Source: Candidatus Poribacteria bacterium (GTDB taxonomy: Bacteria > Poribacteria > WGA-4E > WGA-3G). From it: a DNA stretch of 64,000 nt. Every line of letters starts with the position of its first letter. Position 1 is the first letter of the stretch. Below the pieces are notes generated by a model, which worked only from the letters and a program-made list of their open reading frames with translations, searched no databases and was not told where the DNA came from. Where the stretch lies: positions 3,680,001-3,744,000 of the forward strand of contig OZ251518.1 in the NCBI GenBank assembly GCA_965242965.1. Direction: 5' to 3'. This document shows positions 10,564-21,273 of this stretch, piece by piece. A program made the translations under genes and the position numbers.

Positions 10564-11295
10564 TTAGCAAAACGCAAGCGCGCCATCCAATATCCCCAAA
10601 TGGAGCGCGATGCGTTGTTTAAGGGACCAAATCGTCGGCGTTTCTGTGATGATAACATGTTCGCTGTGAAAATGCAACAAATAAGGCGCGAGTCCTTGCG
10701 TGCCCCATGCCGTAGCAACTTTATAGACACCTGCCGCAATTTCGGGTGCCTCTTCGCCCGGATCGTCCGCATCTATCGGCCCTATTGTTTTAACAGCGTC
10801 AGCAAGTTGGGCACCGATATACGCCGCGTCGCGTTTGCCTTCGTAGAGATAAAACCCGGTTGCGTCGTAATCTTCGTGGAAATCTATCGCCAAAGCAAAT
10901 TGAGTGTGTCCGAGGGCTTTCTTGACGATGGCGACTTCGGGGACATCTGTTGTCTCAAAAGCGCGGTTAATGTCAACCCCCTCTCGGTTCTCTCGCGTTC
11001 CGTGGACGTAACCGTAGGGATTAATGCATGGAATGACGACAAACGTGAAGCGTTTTAAGAGTTCGGTATTGTCGCGCTCTAAGAATTGCAACGTTGCTGC
11101 GATGCCTGCCGGTTCATCGCCGTGCACGCCACCGGTGATGAGGATAGGCATCGGTGCTACCGCTGACGATGCGAGACAGATTTTGTATATAGGGTAATCG
11201 TGGATGCGCCCGAGAAGTTCTGCAGGCACGTTCAATTTTTCCACGCGGGCAGTGATGTCGGTATAATCGCGCAATGTTTCGTGCTCCTGATTCAT
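10564..11295 (-). CDS. M14-family Zn carboxypeptidase / succinylglutamate desuccinylase-like
   Basis: GGVHGDEPAG, NPYG, DINRAF, DFHED motifs. Confidence 0.8.
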   Translation of the reverse strand: MNQEHETLRDYTDITARVEKLNVPAELLGRIHDYPIYKICLASSAVAPMPILITGGVHGDEPAGIAATLQFLERDNTELLKRFTFVVIPCINPYGYVHGTRENREGVDINRAFETTDVPEVAIVKKALGHTQFALAIDFHEDYDATGFYLYEGKRDAAYIGAQLADAVKTIGPIDADDPGEEAPEIAAGVYKVATAWGTQGLAPYLLHFHSEHVIITETPTIWSLKQRIALHLGILDGALAFC

Positions 11296-11335
11296 TTGGA
11301 ATCACTCTGGTTTTCTGATGCCAATCGCTTTTGGG

Positions 11336-12466
11336 TGAGGGTGTTTCATAAATCGTTTTCCCCAGTAGGAGAGACCTCCCGGTCTCGATTTTGCCCGTAG
11401 CGCGGGGGCCTGTCCCCCGCGATCGTTCGGTAGAGCGCAGCATGGCGAGGGGAACCCTCTCGCATGCGCGTGTGGCATGCGAGGGCCCTCGCGCTACGAT
11501 GAAAAAACGGTCACCTTCACCGTAGGGCGAGGGCCTGTCCCTCGCCATGCGTTTGGTTGGCAGACTGCATCCCCCCTGTAGGTCAGGATCGCCTGATCCT
11601 GACCTGTTTGTGATCAGGCGATCACAAACTACAGGGGGGGAACACACATCGGAACGATGGCACTCGCGGGGGCCTGTCCCCCGCACTACGGGAAAAAACG
11701 GCACTTCACCGTAGGGCTTGGGTTCTCGCATGCCAAACGCATGGCGAGCGGGTGTCCCTCGACATCGCTCGCGTGCCAGGCTCTGTAGTTCAGGATCGCC
11801 TGATCCTGAACTGTTTGTGATCAGGCGATCACAAACTACAGAGGGGGAACACACATCGGAACGATGGCACTCGCGGGGGACAGGCCCCGCACTACGATAA
11901 AAAACGTCTCTTAGGTCCTTTAGGACCTACATGTCTATAGCAGCCCGTGTCGTTACGTTTTCAAGGTCCTTTAGGTCCTTAATAAAACCCGCGCGGCCCT
12001 GGCAAAACCTATTAAGGACCTAAAGGACCTTAGAGTTCTTCACAACCTCACGTGCTATAGACATTCAGGTCCTACGGACCTAAGAATCGTTTTTTTCTCG
12101 TAGCGCGGGGGCCCTCGGATGCCATCCGCGCATCCGAGCGGGTTTCCCCCGCGATCTCCATCGTCAAGATGCTGTCTTAGGTCCTTTAGGTCCTACATGT
12201 CTATAGAAAAACGTGTCGTTACGTTTTCAAGGTCCTTTAGGTCCTTAATAAAACCCGCGCGGCCCTGGCAAAACCTATTAAGGACCTAAAGGACCTTAGA
12301 GTTCTTCACAACCTCACGTGCTATAGACATTCAGGTCCTACGGACCTGAAGAGAACAAGAGACGTTTTTTGCGTCGCGCGGACGATGGCGAGGGACAGGC
12401 CCTCGCCCTACGATGAAGAGGGGACCTTCTGCCGCCGGGAAGGCATTGATATATAAAACCCCCTCA
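11336..12466. repeat. REP cluster bounded by inverted TGAGGGTGTTTCATA-like ends, containing two ~175-bp AGGTCCT/AGGACCT palindromic elements
   Basis: TGAGGGTGTTTCATAA 11336-11351; degenerate inverted copy ending 12466; long palindromes 11911-12083 and 12177-12350. Confidence 0.75.
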
Positions 12467-12468
12467 AG

Positions 12469-13419
12469 TTAGTCATGAAGTTTCATCTTCCCCCACACCG
12501 TCGTTAACAACCACGGCTGCGGCGCGACAGACAAATTGCTCGGATCGAACCAATCAGGAGTAATGTTCCGACCACGGCGCGTCAGGCGTTTCTTCCTTTC
12601 AGTCCGAAGATCGACTGTGACAATCTGCCAGTCCCCATCATTTGCCTCCTCGACATAGACGAGTTTATCGCCTTGTGGAGACCAGGCGGGAGAGTGTGTC
12701 CCCAGTGCCGCTTTCCCAATCTGCTCCAAACGCCGCCCATCACGATTCACAACGTGAATCGCATGCTTCCCACCAATGCCCCATTTATACCAAGAAAAAG
12801 CAAGTTTGTCACCCTCTGGAGACCAGGCGGGAGTATACATCCACGACGTTTTGTTCGGCAGGAACGTTCGGATTTCACCCGTGTGAAGATTGACAATACG
12901 GATGCGGCGTGAACCACCGACATCATCGACATACGCAATCTCATTTCCATCGGGAGACCAGGTGGGATTCCCGCCGCGCCGGTCTGCCACGGCCACCTGC
13001 TTTGAGTTTGCGCCGTGAACGGAGGCAATTCGGATGCTCCACCTCGGCGTTTCGGCGTGGTAGGCGATCATCTGTCCATCGGGGGACCAGGTCGGTTCTA
13101 ACCGATGCGCCCGCTGCCGGAAGACCGGACGCACGCCGCTGCCATCGGCATCCATCAGATAGAGGTCGCGGATACCACTCCGTTCCGAGGCAAACAAGAT
13201 CTGCTCGCCTGTTGGAGACCAGGTGGGACTGAAATTGCCGGCATTGTCCCGTGTTAGATTCTCCTGCTTGCTTCCATCGGGATTCATCAGATAGATATCC
13301 CATGCGCCACTGCGATCTGATGCGAACGCGATTTTGGGGGTTCTCGGCACTCTGGCGAAACCGAGATGAACAATTGCGAGCATCAGAGCCAAACTGAGCG
13401 CGGAATGTATCCATTTCAT
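12469..13419 (-). CDS. Secreted TolB-like PD40/WD40 beta-propeller protein with C-terminal LTTVWGKMK motif
   Basis: Repeated P[TA]WSPDG motifs, KIAFASDRSG; signal peptide from ATG 13419. Confidence 0.85.
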   Translation of the reverse strand: MKWIHSALSLALMLAIVHLGFARVPRTPKIAFASDRSGAWDIYLMNPDGSKQENLTRDNAGNFSPTWSPTGEQILFASERSGIRDLYLMDADGSGVRPVFRQRAHRLEPTWSPDGQMIAYHAETPRWSIRIASVHGANSKQVAVADRRGGNPTWSPDGNEIAYVDDVGGSRRIRIVNLHTGEIRTFLPNKTSWMYTPAWSPEGDKLAFSWYKWGIGGKHAIHVVNRDGRRLEQIGKAALGTHSPAWSPQGDKLVYVEEANDGDWQIVTVDLRTERKKRLTRRGRNITPDWFDPSNLSVAPQPWLLTTVWGKMKLHD

Positions 13420-13594
13420 TGTCAATTTTCCTCTCTCGCAGTAGGCGAGACCTCCCGGTCTTGATTTGGACAGCCCCACCTTACGGGCCACGGCGGTTTT
13501 CCCGGTAGGAGAGACCTCCCGGTCTCGATTTTCTCCCTCCGGACATGCCCCACCTTACGGGCCAAGGCAGAAGTTCTCGCATCGGCATTCAGGA

Positions 13595-14425
13595 TTATTC
13601 CACCCGTTTCAATGTGCATCGGAGGCCGCCGACGCGCATCCAACCTTTCGGCGTTAATTCCATGTCGCCATAGACGATGAGATAGAGCCGGTCTTCCGTT
13701 ACGGCGATGCCCATGGTTGAGGCGATGGCGAACGATGGGGCTTTGGCGAGAGCGCGTCGGCTGCCTTGTGCGCCCATGCTGCGCCTCTGAGCGAACACGG
13801 CGCGTCGGCTCCTTGCAAGCGCGTTCCGTGCCGGTTCATAACCAAATAAAAACTCCAACATTTCCAACCCCGTGCGCCGATTGAACCGAATAAACGGATA
13901 CGATTCATCGCCAACGCGCATCGTGATGACGTTACACTGCCCGGTAATATCGTTGCTGCCGTTGTTGCCGCGGTAGTAGTAAGACGAGTGCTGCTCAAAA
14001 AATTCCACCGTTAGATGTTTGCGAGTCGATGCAACCATCGCCGCCTTCGCCGCCGCTATCTGCTGACTGGCTGGGTTATCCGTGACTTTAACCGGCGGCA
14101 ATCGGAACGCGTCGTCTTCTGAGTCCGACACCTGCTCATTGGGGGTGACTTGCCCATCGGCATTCGTCGGTGCTTCGCTTTCCTGCGGTGCATCCGCTTT
14201 CTGCTTCTCGATGCTACCCCCTTCAACCTCAAGGCTCACATACTGCCATTTTCCGAGCAACAAGGCTTTTATCGCGTTTTTGACTTTATCGGGATGGTGT
14301 TCTTCGCGGACATCTCCGACTTCCGTGAGAAGTTTTTCGCGTTCTTGCCGGAGTTCTTGCGTCTGCATGGTGGCACAACTGGTGAACAGCAGCACCAGCA
14401 TGCCAAAGATTGCTAAGGTTTTCAT
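13595..14425 (-). CDS. Hypothetical lipoprotein, paralog of the adjacent gene
   Basis: Lipobox LFTSC; shares LLG.W...LEVE, PFIRF.RR, DRLYL..YG.M.L.P.GW motifs with 14422-15063. Confidence 0.7.
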   Translation of the reverse strand: MKTLAIFGMLVLLFTSCATMQTQELRQEREKLLTEVGDVREEHHPDKVKNAIKALLLGKWQYVSLEVEGGSIEKQKADAPQESEAPTNADGQVTPNEQVSDSEDDAFRLPPVKVTDNPASQQIAAAKAAMVASTRKHLTVEFFEQHSSYYYRGNNGSNDITGQCNVITMRVGDESYPFIRFNRRTGLEMLEFLFGYEPARNALARSRRAVFAQRRSMGAQGSRRALAKAPSFAIASTMGIAVTEDRLYLIVYGDMELTPKGWMRVGGLRCTLKRVE

Positions 14426-15063
14426 TTTTTCTTCTCCTCAACGCGTTCAAAGGAACACAAGAGTCCGCCGCTCTGCACCCAGCCGTCGGGACTCAGTTGC
14501 ATCTTCCCATACATCGTTAAATAGAGTCTGTCGTCCGTGACAGAGATACCGATTTCGGCAGCCTTCGCCTCAGCGAACCCGGTTGCCCCTTTGAGTCCGA
14601 GCGGTTTTCCATCAGGACCGGCTGCGAAGAGCAGCTGCGGCATCAGCGGTCCGGAGCGTCTGATGAACCGAATGAACGGGAACGGTTCATCGCCGAATCG
14701 GACGGTGGTGATATTGAACTGTCCCGCGAAATCTGTCTCGCCTCTTTTGCCGCGGTAGGAATGAGATGCGTTCTGCTCAAAAAATTCAAGCGTGAGATTC
14801 TTCAGATCGAGTGCGTAGAGAGCGGCTTTGGCGGCGGCGATATCTTCAGAAGCATCGGCCTCCTCGACCTCGAGGTTGAGGAACTTCCATGTTCCGAGCA
14901 GTTTATCAGTGATTTCGGTTTCAAGTGTTCCGCTATCGTGTTCGCGGCGGAGGTTTTCATAGTTTTCGATGAGTGCATCGCGTTCGTGTTGCATCTCTTG
15001 ATATTGCGTATTGGCGCAGCCCGCGACTAGGATAAGGATGCTGAGGGAGATGACGGTTTTCAT
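14422..15063 (-). CDS. Hypothetical lipoprotein
   Basis: Lipobox LVAGC; strong AAGGAGG SD; 4-bp overlap with its paralog. Confidence 0.7.
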   Translation of the reverse strand: MKTVISLSILILVAGCANTQYQEMQHERDALIENYENLRREHDSGTLETEITDKLLGTWKFLNLEVEEADASEDIAAAKAALYALDLKNLTLEFFEQNASHSYRGKRGETDFAGQFNITTVRFGDEPFPFIRFIRRSGPLMPQLLFAAGPDGKPLGLKGATGFAEAKAAEIGISVTDDRLYLTMYGKMQLSPDGWVQSGGLLCSFERVEEKKK

Positions 15064-15139
15064 TGGTTTTCCTCCTTTTTTATCTTGCTGTGTAGTTTAT
15101 ATGATTTTAGTTTTCGGGTCAAGAGAAAAATTGGGGAAC

Positions 15140-15950
15140 GCCGTCCCTTCATCGTAGGGCGAGGGCCCTCGCATGCCACACGCGCATGGCGAGCGGGTTT
15201 CCCGCGCCATGCAGCGATCGCGGGGGACAGGCCCCCGCGCTACGGAAAAAAACGCCGCCCCTTCATCGTATGGCGAGGGCCTGTCCCTCGCCATGCGGCG
15301 CTCGCGGGGGACAGGCCCCCGCGCTACGGTTAAAAACGGTCCCCTTCACCGTAGGGCGAGGGCCTGTCCCTCGCCATGCGTTTGGCTCGCAGATCGCATC
15401 CCTCCTGTAGTTCAGGAGCACCTGCTCCCGAACTACAGAGGTGGGCCCGATGCCTTCCAGTAGGAGAGACATTGATATATGAAACACCCTCATTTAAATG
15501 AGGGTGTTTCATAACTCGTTGTTATCAAAATGATTTCGTGATACTCCGAGCGATTCCGTTTTCCCGGTAGGAGAGCCCTCCTGGTCTCAATGCCAGCGAT
15601 GCCCCCGGTAGGAGAGCCCTCCTGGTCTCGATGCATGCCGCCCGGTCTTGATGTGGCTCGTATCGGGAAGACATTGAGATGCCCGCTGTCGTTTGCAATC
15701 GCCTGAGCACAAAGCGTTCAGGCACAGGTGCGCCTGCACGCTAGGAGAGGCGCATTGCTCTCGTTTGCGAGTATCGAGACCGGGAGGTCTCTCCTACCGG
15801 GATGTATCGAGACCAGGAGGGCTCTCCTACCAATGTGCGGGTAGGAGGGACATCCTTGTCCCGATACCGAACTGGAAGGAGTTGAGACTAGGAGGTCTCT
15901 CCTACGGGTGCTTGCATCGAGACCAGGAGGGCTCTCCTACAGGAAACCGC
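15140..15950. repeat. REP cluster including a perfect 36-bp palindrome at 15478-15513
   Basis: TATGAAACACCCTCATTTAAATGAGGGTGTTTCATA plus many GTAGGAGAG(A/C)CCTCC(C/T)GGTCTCGAT copies. Confidence 0.8.
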
Positions 15951-15953
15951 CGT

Positions 15954-16535
15954 TTACCGCGCCTCAAATGCCGCGATATTCGCCTCAAATTGGAGCGTCC
16001 AGCCGATTTCGTCAAGGCCGTTGAGCAAGCAATGCTTCTCAAAATCGCCTATCTCAAACGGATACGCAGTGCCATCGGGACAGAGAACCGATTGCGCTTC
16101 CAAGTCTACCATCAAACGGTAACCCTCCGTAGTTTGCGCAGCGTCACTCAAATCGGCGATAACATCAGCGGGGAGGGTTATCGGCAGGATACCGTTCTTA
16201 TAGCAGTTGTTGCGGAAGATGTCGGCGAACGAAGGCGCGAGAATCGCCTTGAAGCCATACTGCTGCAATGCCCACGGCGCATGCTCACGGGAGCTGCCGC
16301 AGCCGAAGTTCACACCGGCGATGAGGATGCTCGCACCTTGGTAACGCCGTTCATTCAGCACGAACGCCGGGTTCGGTTCGCCGTTTTCGAGATACCGCCA
16401 GTCGTAGAAGAGGAATTCGCCGAAGCCGGTCCGCTCGATGCGTTTCAGGAATTGCTTCGGAATAATCTGGTCGGTGTCAACGTTAATTCTGTCAAGAGGG
16501 ACGACAAGTCCCACGTGTTCTTTGAATGCTTCCAT
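15954..16535 (-). CDS. leuD: 3-isopropylmalate dehydratase small subunit
   Basis: [29 protein letters not shown]. Confidence 0.97.
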   Translation of the reverse strand: MEAFKEHVGLVVPLDRINVDTDQIIPKQFLKRIERTGFGEFLFYDWRYLENGEPNPAFVLNERRYQGASILIAGVNFGCGSSREHAPWALQQYGFKAILAPSFADIFRNNCYKNGILPITLPADVIADLSDAAQTTEGYRLMVDLEAQSVLCPDGTAYPFEIGDFEKHCLLNGLDEIGWTLQFEANIAAFEAR

Positions 16536-16621
16536 TTTTCGTCTCCACTAGGTAAGCAGAACTGTGACACAGGTCCATGTCCTGCACAAGGGTTACGTTT
16601 CTGTAACGACGCGTTTGAATA

Positions 16622-16891
16622 TCAGAGTTGCCCAAGCAACTTATCATACTCGCGATGCGGCCCGATCCAAAACCAAAAAAAGTCGTTTCCATTAAATTCG
16701 CCGACAGCTCTATAGTTCTCACTGATTCGCACCGAATAAATCGGTTTTGTATCGTGAACCTTCTTGAATTGCAAGCCGGGATGATTCGGATTTTCCGCGA
16801 AAAGCCGGTAGGCACTCCGTGCTTGCCTCCGAACGTTGGCCGGTAACGTTGCAAGCATTTGGCGGAATACTCTTGTCGTTCTTGAATTCAC
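16622..16891 (-). CDS. RelE/ParE-like toxin
   Basis: 89 aa basic protein; HPGLQFKKV, YSVRISENYRA, WFWIGPHREYDK. Confidence 0.75.
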   Translation of the reverse strand: MNSRTTRVFRQMLATLPANVRRQARSAYRLFAENPNHPGLQFKKVHDTKPIYSVRISENYRAVGEFNGNDFFWFWIGPHREYDKLLGQL

Positions 16892-17106
16892 AGGTTTTCT
16901 ACATCCAAGACTTGCGTTTCGCCGCGTCGATGTTCCTCAAGAGCCTCCGCGCCCAGTGCCTCTAGCATATCTTGGGAATCGGCGAACAGCTGCGCCCACC
17001 GTTTTTCGGATTCCAATTCCAAGAGCATCCACTCGCCGAAGGCATCTTGTTCCTTCGGTGAGAGTTTGGCTGCCTCGGCGAAGGCGCGTCTGAGTTGTTC
17101 TGTCAT
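16888..17106 (-). CDS. Putative antitoxin
   Basis: 72 aa acidic helical protein overlapping the toxin start (ATGA). Confidence 0.7.
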   Translation of the reverse strand: MTEQLRRAFAEAAKLSPKEQDAFGEWMLLELESEKRWAQLFADSQDMLEALGAEALEEHRRGETQVLDVENL

Positions 17107-17388
17107 CGTGATTTTGTCCTCGTAGTTATGGGAGGGTGTTTCATAATTCGCTCGCCGTGCGTTTTGCTGTCAGACCTCATAACCCCTGTAGGTCAGGAGT
17201 GCCTGCTCCTGACCCGTTCGGGAGCGGGTGCTCCCGAACTACAGAGGTGGGCCCGATGCCTTCCTTGTAGGAGGGACATCCCTGTCCCGATACGCACCAC
17301 ATCGAGACCAGGAGGGCTCGCCTACTGGAGTATGCATCGAGACCAGGAGGGCTCGCCTACAGGGTGCATCGAGACCGGGAGGGCTCGC

Positions 17389-18792
17389 CTACTGGAACGT
17401 TCGGATGTCAACGAAATGGCCGGCGATAGCTGTCGCCGCCGCCATCTGTGGACTGACAAGATGCGTGCGGCCACCCTTGCCTTGCCGCCCCTCAAAATTT
17501 CGATTGGAGGTGCTGGCACAACGCTGTCCAGGGCTGAGAATATCCGGATTCATGCCGAGACACATACTACACCCCGCCTCGCGCCAGTCAAAACCTGCCG
17601 CGCGGAAAATGTCGTCAAGGCCCTCCGCCTCCGCTTGCCGTTTGACTGCCTGCGAACCCGGGACTACCATCGCACTGACGGTATCGGCGACTTTTCTGCC
17701 TTTCACCACTTCAGCGGCGACGCGCAAATCGCTGATGCGAGAATTCGTGCAACTGCCGATGAACACTCTGTCCACTGGAATATCAGTGATGGGGGTTCCG
17801 GGGGTGAGTGCCATGTATTCCAGCGCGTGCTCCGTGGCGCGCTTCTCATCGGAAGAAGACATGTCACCCGGGGCTGGCACTCTGCCTGTCACATCCGTTA
17901 CCATGCCGGGGTTTGTGCCCCACGTCACCTGCGGAGCGATGGCGGCTGCGTCAAGTTGCAGCGTCCTGTCGTAAGTTGCCCCCTCGTCTGTGGGGAGCTG
18001 CTTCCACTCTTCCACGGCGGCATCAAAGTCGGCACCTTTCGGTGCGAAGCGTCTGCCGGCGAGATATGCGTAGGTGCTGTCATCGGGTGCTATCATCCCG
18101 GCGCGCGCGCCTGCCTCGATGGACATGTTGCAAATCGTCATCCGTTCCTCGATGCTGAGCGCGCGGATAGCGGCACCGGTATACTCAACAACCGCGCCGT
18201 TGCCGCCATCAATTCCGATGTGCCCGATAATGGAGAGGATGATGTCTTTCGCTGTCACGCCGAAGGGAAGTGTGCCATCGATACGAATTTCAAACGTCTC
18301 CGATTTCTGTTGCAGCAGGCACTGCGTTGCAAGCACATGCTCGATTTCGCTAGTCCCGATGCCGAAGGCGAGCGCGCCGAGTGCACCGTGCGTTGAGGTG
18401 TGGCTATCGCCGCACACAATCGTTTTGCCGGGTTGCGTGATGCCGAGCTCGGGGCCGATGACATGCACGATCCCCTGGTCAGGACTGTTGATGTCGTAGA
18501 GCGCGATGTCAAACTCGGCGCAATTTTGCGCGAGGGTTTCGATCTGTCTCGCCGCAATCTGATCTGCGATGGGTAATGTCCTGTCTGTCGTGGGGACATT
18601 GTGGTCCATCGTGGCGAAGGTGCGTTCTGGACGGCGCACCTTTCGGTTGGCGAGCCGCAATCCCTCGAATGCCTGTGGCGATGTGACTTCGTGGACGAGA
18701 TGCGTGTCAATATAGAGTATCGGCACTTCGCCGGCATTGGCACGCACGAGATGCGCGTCCCATATTTTTTCATACATTGTTTTTAGTTGCAT
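17389..18792 (-). CDS. leuC: 3-isopropylmalate dehydratase large subunit
   Basis: [47 protein letters not shown]. Confidence 0.97.
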   Translation of the reverse strand: MQLKTMYEKIWDAHLVRANAGEVPILYIDTHLVHEVTSPQAFEGLRLANRKVRRPERTFATMDHNVPTTDRTLPIADQIAARQIETLAQNCAEFDIALYDINSPDQGIVHVIGPELGITQPGKTIVCGDSHTSTHGALGALAFGIGTSEIEHVLATQCLLQQKSETFEIRIDGTLPFGVTAKDIILSIIGHIGIDGGNGAVVEYTGAAIRALSIEERMTICNMSIEAGARAGMIAPDDSTYAYLAGRRFAPKGADFDAAVEEWKQLPTDEGATYDRTLQLDAAAIAPQVTWGTNPGMVTDVTGRVPAPGDMSSSDEKRATEHALEYMALTPGTPITDIPVDRVFIGSCTNSRISDLRVAAEVVKGRKVADTVSAMVVPGSQAVKRQAEAEGLDDIFRAAGFDWREAGCSMCLGMNPDILSPGQRCASTSNRNFEGRQGKGGRTHLVSPQMAAATAIAGHFVDIRTFQ

Positions 18793-19242
18793 ACGTTTTT
18801 CCTAGCATTGTGTAGGTGCTGCAAATCGCGCCTACAAAAAATCGAGACCGGGAGGTCTCTCCTACCGGGGACAGTAAATTGAGGGTGTCTCATCATTCAC
18901 TCAACGTCGCGGGGGACAGGCCCCCGCGCTACGGTGAAAAAACGTCTCCCTTCACGTAGGGCTTGGGCCCTCGCATGCCACACGCGCATGCGAGCGGGTT
19001 TCCCTCGCCATGCGTTTTGCTGTTAGACCGCATTCCCCTGTAGTTCAGGATCGCCTGCTCCTGACCCGTTCGGGAGCGGGTGCTCCCGAACTACAGCGGT
19101 GGGCCTGATGCCTTCCCGGTAGGAGGGACATCCCTGTCCCGATAGGCACATCAACAAACGCATCAAGTCAGGTAGGCGGGACATCCTTGTCCCGATACGG
19201 TGTTTGTCGAGACCCGAGGTCTCTCCTACCGGGGACAATAAA

Positions 19243-20913
19243 TCACACGCGCATGACAACGGGGAGCACGAGAGGACTCCGCTGCATTTGCTTTGCGAAA
19301 AATCGGCGGAGCGCGCCCCGAATTTCGGCTTGGACCATCTCCGTTTCATCTTTCTGTTCATCGCTCAGGTTTTCAATGACGCGCCGCGTAATCTGCTTCG
19401 CCTCAGCCATCAATTCCTCCGATTTGTCCATGTAGACAAAGCCGCGAGAGATAATCTCCGGTTCAGTGGCAATCGCGCCCGCGTCGCTGTGCAGGACGAC
19501 AATCGGGATTACCATGCCGTCTTGCGAGAGGGTAATCCGGTCGCGGAGGACGATGTCCTCTAGTTCAATTTCGGGTTTGCCATCGACTAGCACGCGCCCA
19601 GAACGTCCTTTTCTGCCGAACACTTCACACGCATCAGGAGTGAGACGAATCAGTTCGCCATCTTCCGCCACTTTGATGTTGTCGTGGGGGATGCCGACAG
19701 ATTCGGCGAGTTCGGCGTGCCGCACGAGGTTCTGATACTCGCCGTGCATCGGGATGAAAAACTTGGGATGCAACAGATTGAGCATCAACTTCAGGTCCTC
19801 GCTAGCACCGTGTCCGGAGACATGCACGTTGGAGTTCCGTTCGTGGAATATCCGCGCGCCGCGTTTGAGCAGATGATTGACGACGTGCCCTACCGATTTT
19901 TCGTTACCGGGGATAATCCGCGCCGAGATGACGACGGTATCCCCCGACTCCACCTTTAAAAACGGGTGCGTGTCAAGAGCCATCAGTGCCATCGCCGAGC
20001 GCGGTTCGCCTTGGCTGCCCGTGCTTAAAACGACTACCTCATGCGGTTTGAACATGGCGGCATCGCGCGCATCTATCAGATAGTCCGGGTTGATTTTCAG
20101 ATAGCCGAGTTCAGACGCGATGCGGACGTTGTTGATGAGCGAACGCCCGGTAACGGCGATGAGCCGCCGATGCTTGTCCGCCAAATCGATGAACTGCTGA
20201 ATCCGATGCAGACTTGACGAAAAGGTGCAGAGGAAGAGTTTCTGCTCCGTGTTCTGATAAATAGTGTCTATCGCGTCGTAGATGCTCCGTTCAGACGGCG
20301 TGTGTCCCGGCCAGTCGGCGTTCGTGCTGTCAGAAACGAGCAGTTGCACACCTTCCTCGCCGAGGCGCGCGAGGGTGTGGATATCGGTTAATTTCCTGTC
20401 AACCGGTGTCGTATCAAACTTAAAATCACCGGTATGCACGATAATCCCTGCCGGCGTGCGCAGCGCGATGGCGACAGCATCCGGAATACTATGCGTGACG
20501 TGAATGAATTCGGCGGAAAAATCGCCGAGGGTGAGCGTATCACCGGGTTCAATGGTATTGAGTTGTGCTTTCCCGAACACGCCGTATTCCCGCAGGCGGC
20601 CGCTGGCGATGGAGAGCGTCAATTGCGTGCCGTAGACTGGCACATCTAATTGCTGCAGCACATAAGCCAAGGCCCCGATGTGGTCTTCGTGCCCGTGCGT
20701 GAGGATGATGCCGCGCACTTTGTCACGGCGTTCCACGAGATAACTGATGTCCGGAAAAATCAGATCGACACCGGGCATATCGGCATTCGGGAGCATGAAA
20801 CCGGTATCAATGACGATGAGGTCATCCTCGGTTTCATACACCATCATGTTCAATCCGAATTCGCCGAGGCCGCCGAGCGGAATGATGCAAACTTCTTCAA
20901 AGTTATGGTTCAT
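19243..20913 (-). CDS. rnj: Ribonuclease J
   Basis: PLGGLGEFG, THGHEDHIG, HTGDFK, GSQGEP, HVSGH, PMHGE. Confidence 0.95.
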   Translation of the reverse strand: MNHNFEEVCIIPLGGLGEFGLNMMVYETEDDLIVIDTGFMLPNADMPGVDLIFPDISYLVERRDKVRGIILTHGHEDHIGALAYVLQQLDVPVYGTQLTLSIASGRLREYGVFGKAQLNTIEPGDTLTLGDFSAEFIHVTHSIPDAVAIALRTPAGIIVHTGDFKFDTTPVDRKLTDIHTLARLGEEGVQLLVSDSTNADWPGHTPSERSIYDAIDTIYQNTEQKLFLCTFSSSLHRIQQFIDLADKHRRLIAVTGRSLINNVRIASELGYLKINPDYLIDARDAAMFKPHEVVVLSTGSQGEPRSAMALMALDTHPFLKVESGDTVVISARIIPGNEKSVGHVVNHLLKRGARIFHERNSNVHVSGHGASEDLKLMLNLLHPKFFIPMHGEYQNLVRHAELAESVGIPHDNIKVAEDGELIRLTPDACEVFGRKGRSGRVLVDGKPEIELEDIVLRDRITLSQDGMVIPIVVLHSDAGAIATEPEIISRGFVYMDKSEELMAEAKQITRRVIENLSDEQKDETEMVQAEIRGALRRFFAKQMQRSPLVLPVVMRV

Positions 20914-21273
20914 ATTTTCGTTTAACGCTGTTCTAATAAATGGCGAGCTCAGGCGAGCTCGCGCTATAAAGGAAAATTACGTTCAAGGATAGGCGTTTTT
21001 TTCACCGTAGCGCGGGGGCCTGTCCCCCGCGATCGTCCGAGTCCGCGAAACGCGCATGCGAGCGGGTTTCCCCGCGATCGTTGCATGGCGAGGGACAGGC
21101 CCTCGCCCTACGGTGGAGGAGCGGCGTTTTTTTACCGTAGCGCGGGGGCCTGTCCCCCGCGATCGTCCGAGTCCGCGAAACGCGCATGCGAGCGGGTTTC
21201 CCCGCGATCGTTGCATGGCGAGGGACAGGCCCTCGCCCTACGGTGTCGGGCCGCGCCCTACGTCCACGCGTGG

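Noticed and set aside
17095-18396. Long antisense ORFs (433 aa over leuC; also 49082-50161 over proA, 21085-22113 over leuS, 15693-16715 over leuD, 3248-4201 and 4835-5791)
   Set aside because: Shadow frames of well-supported genes in GC-rich DNA, with no recognisable motifs
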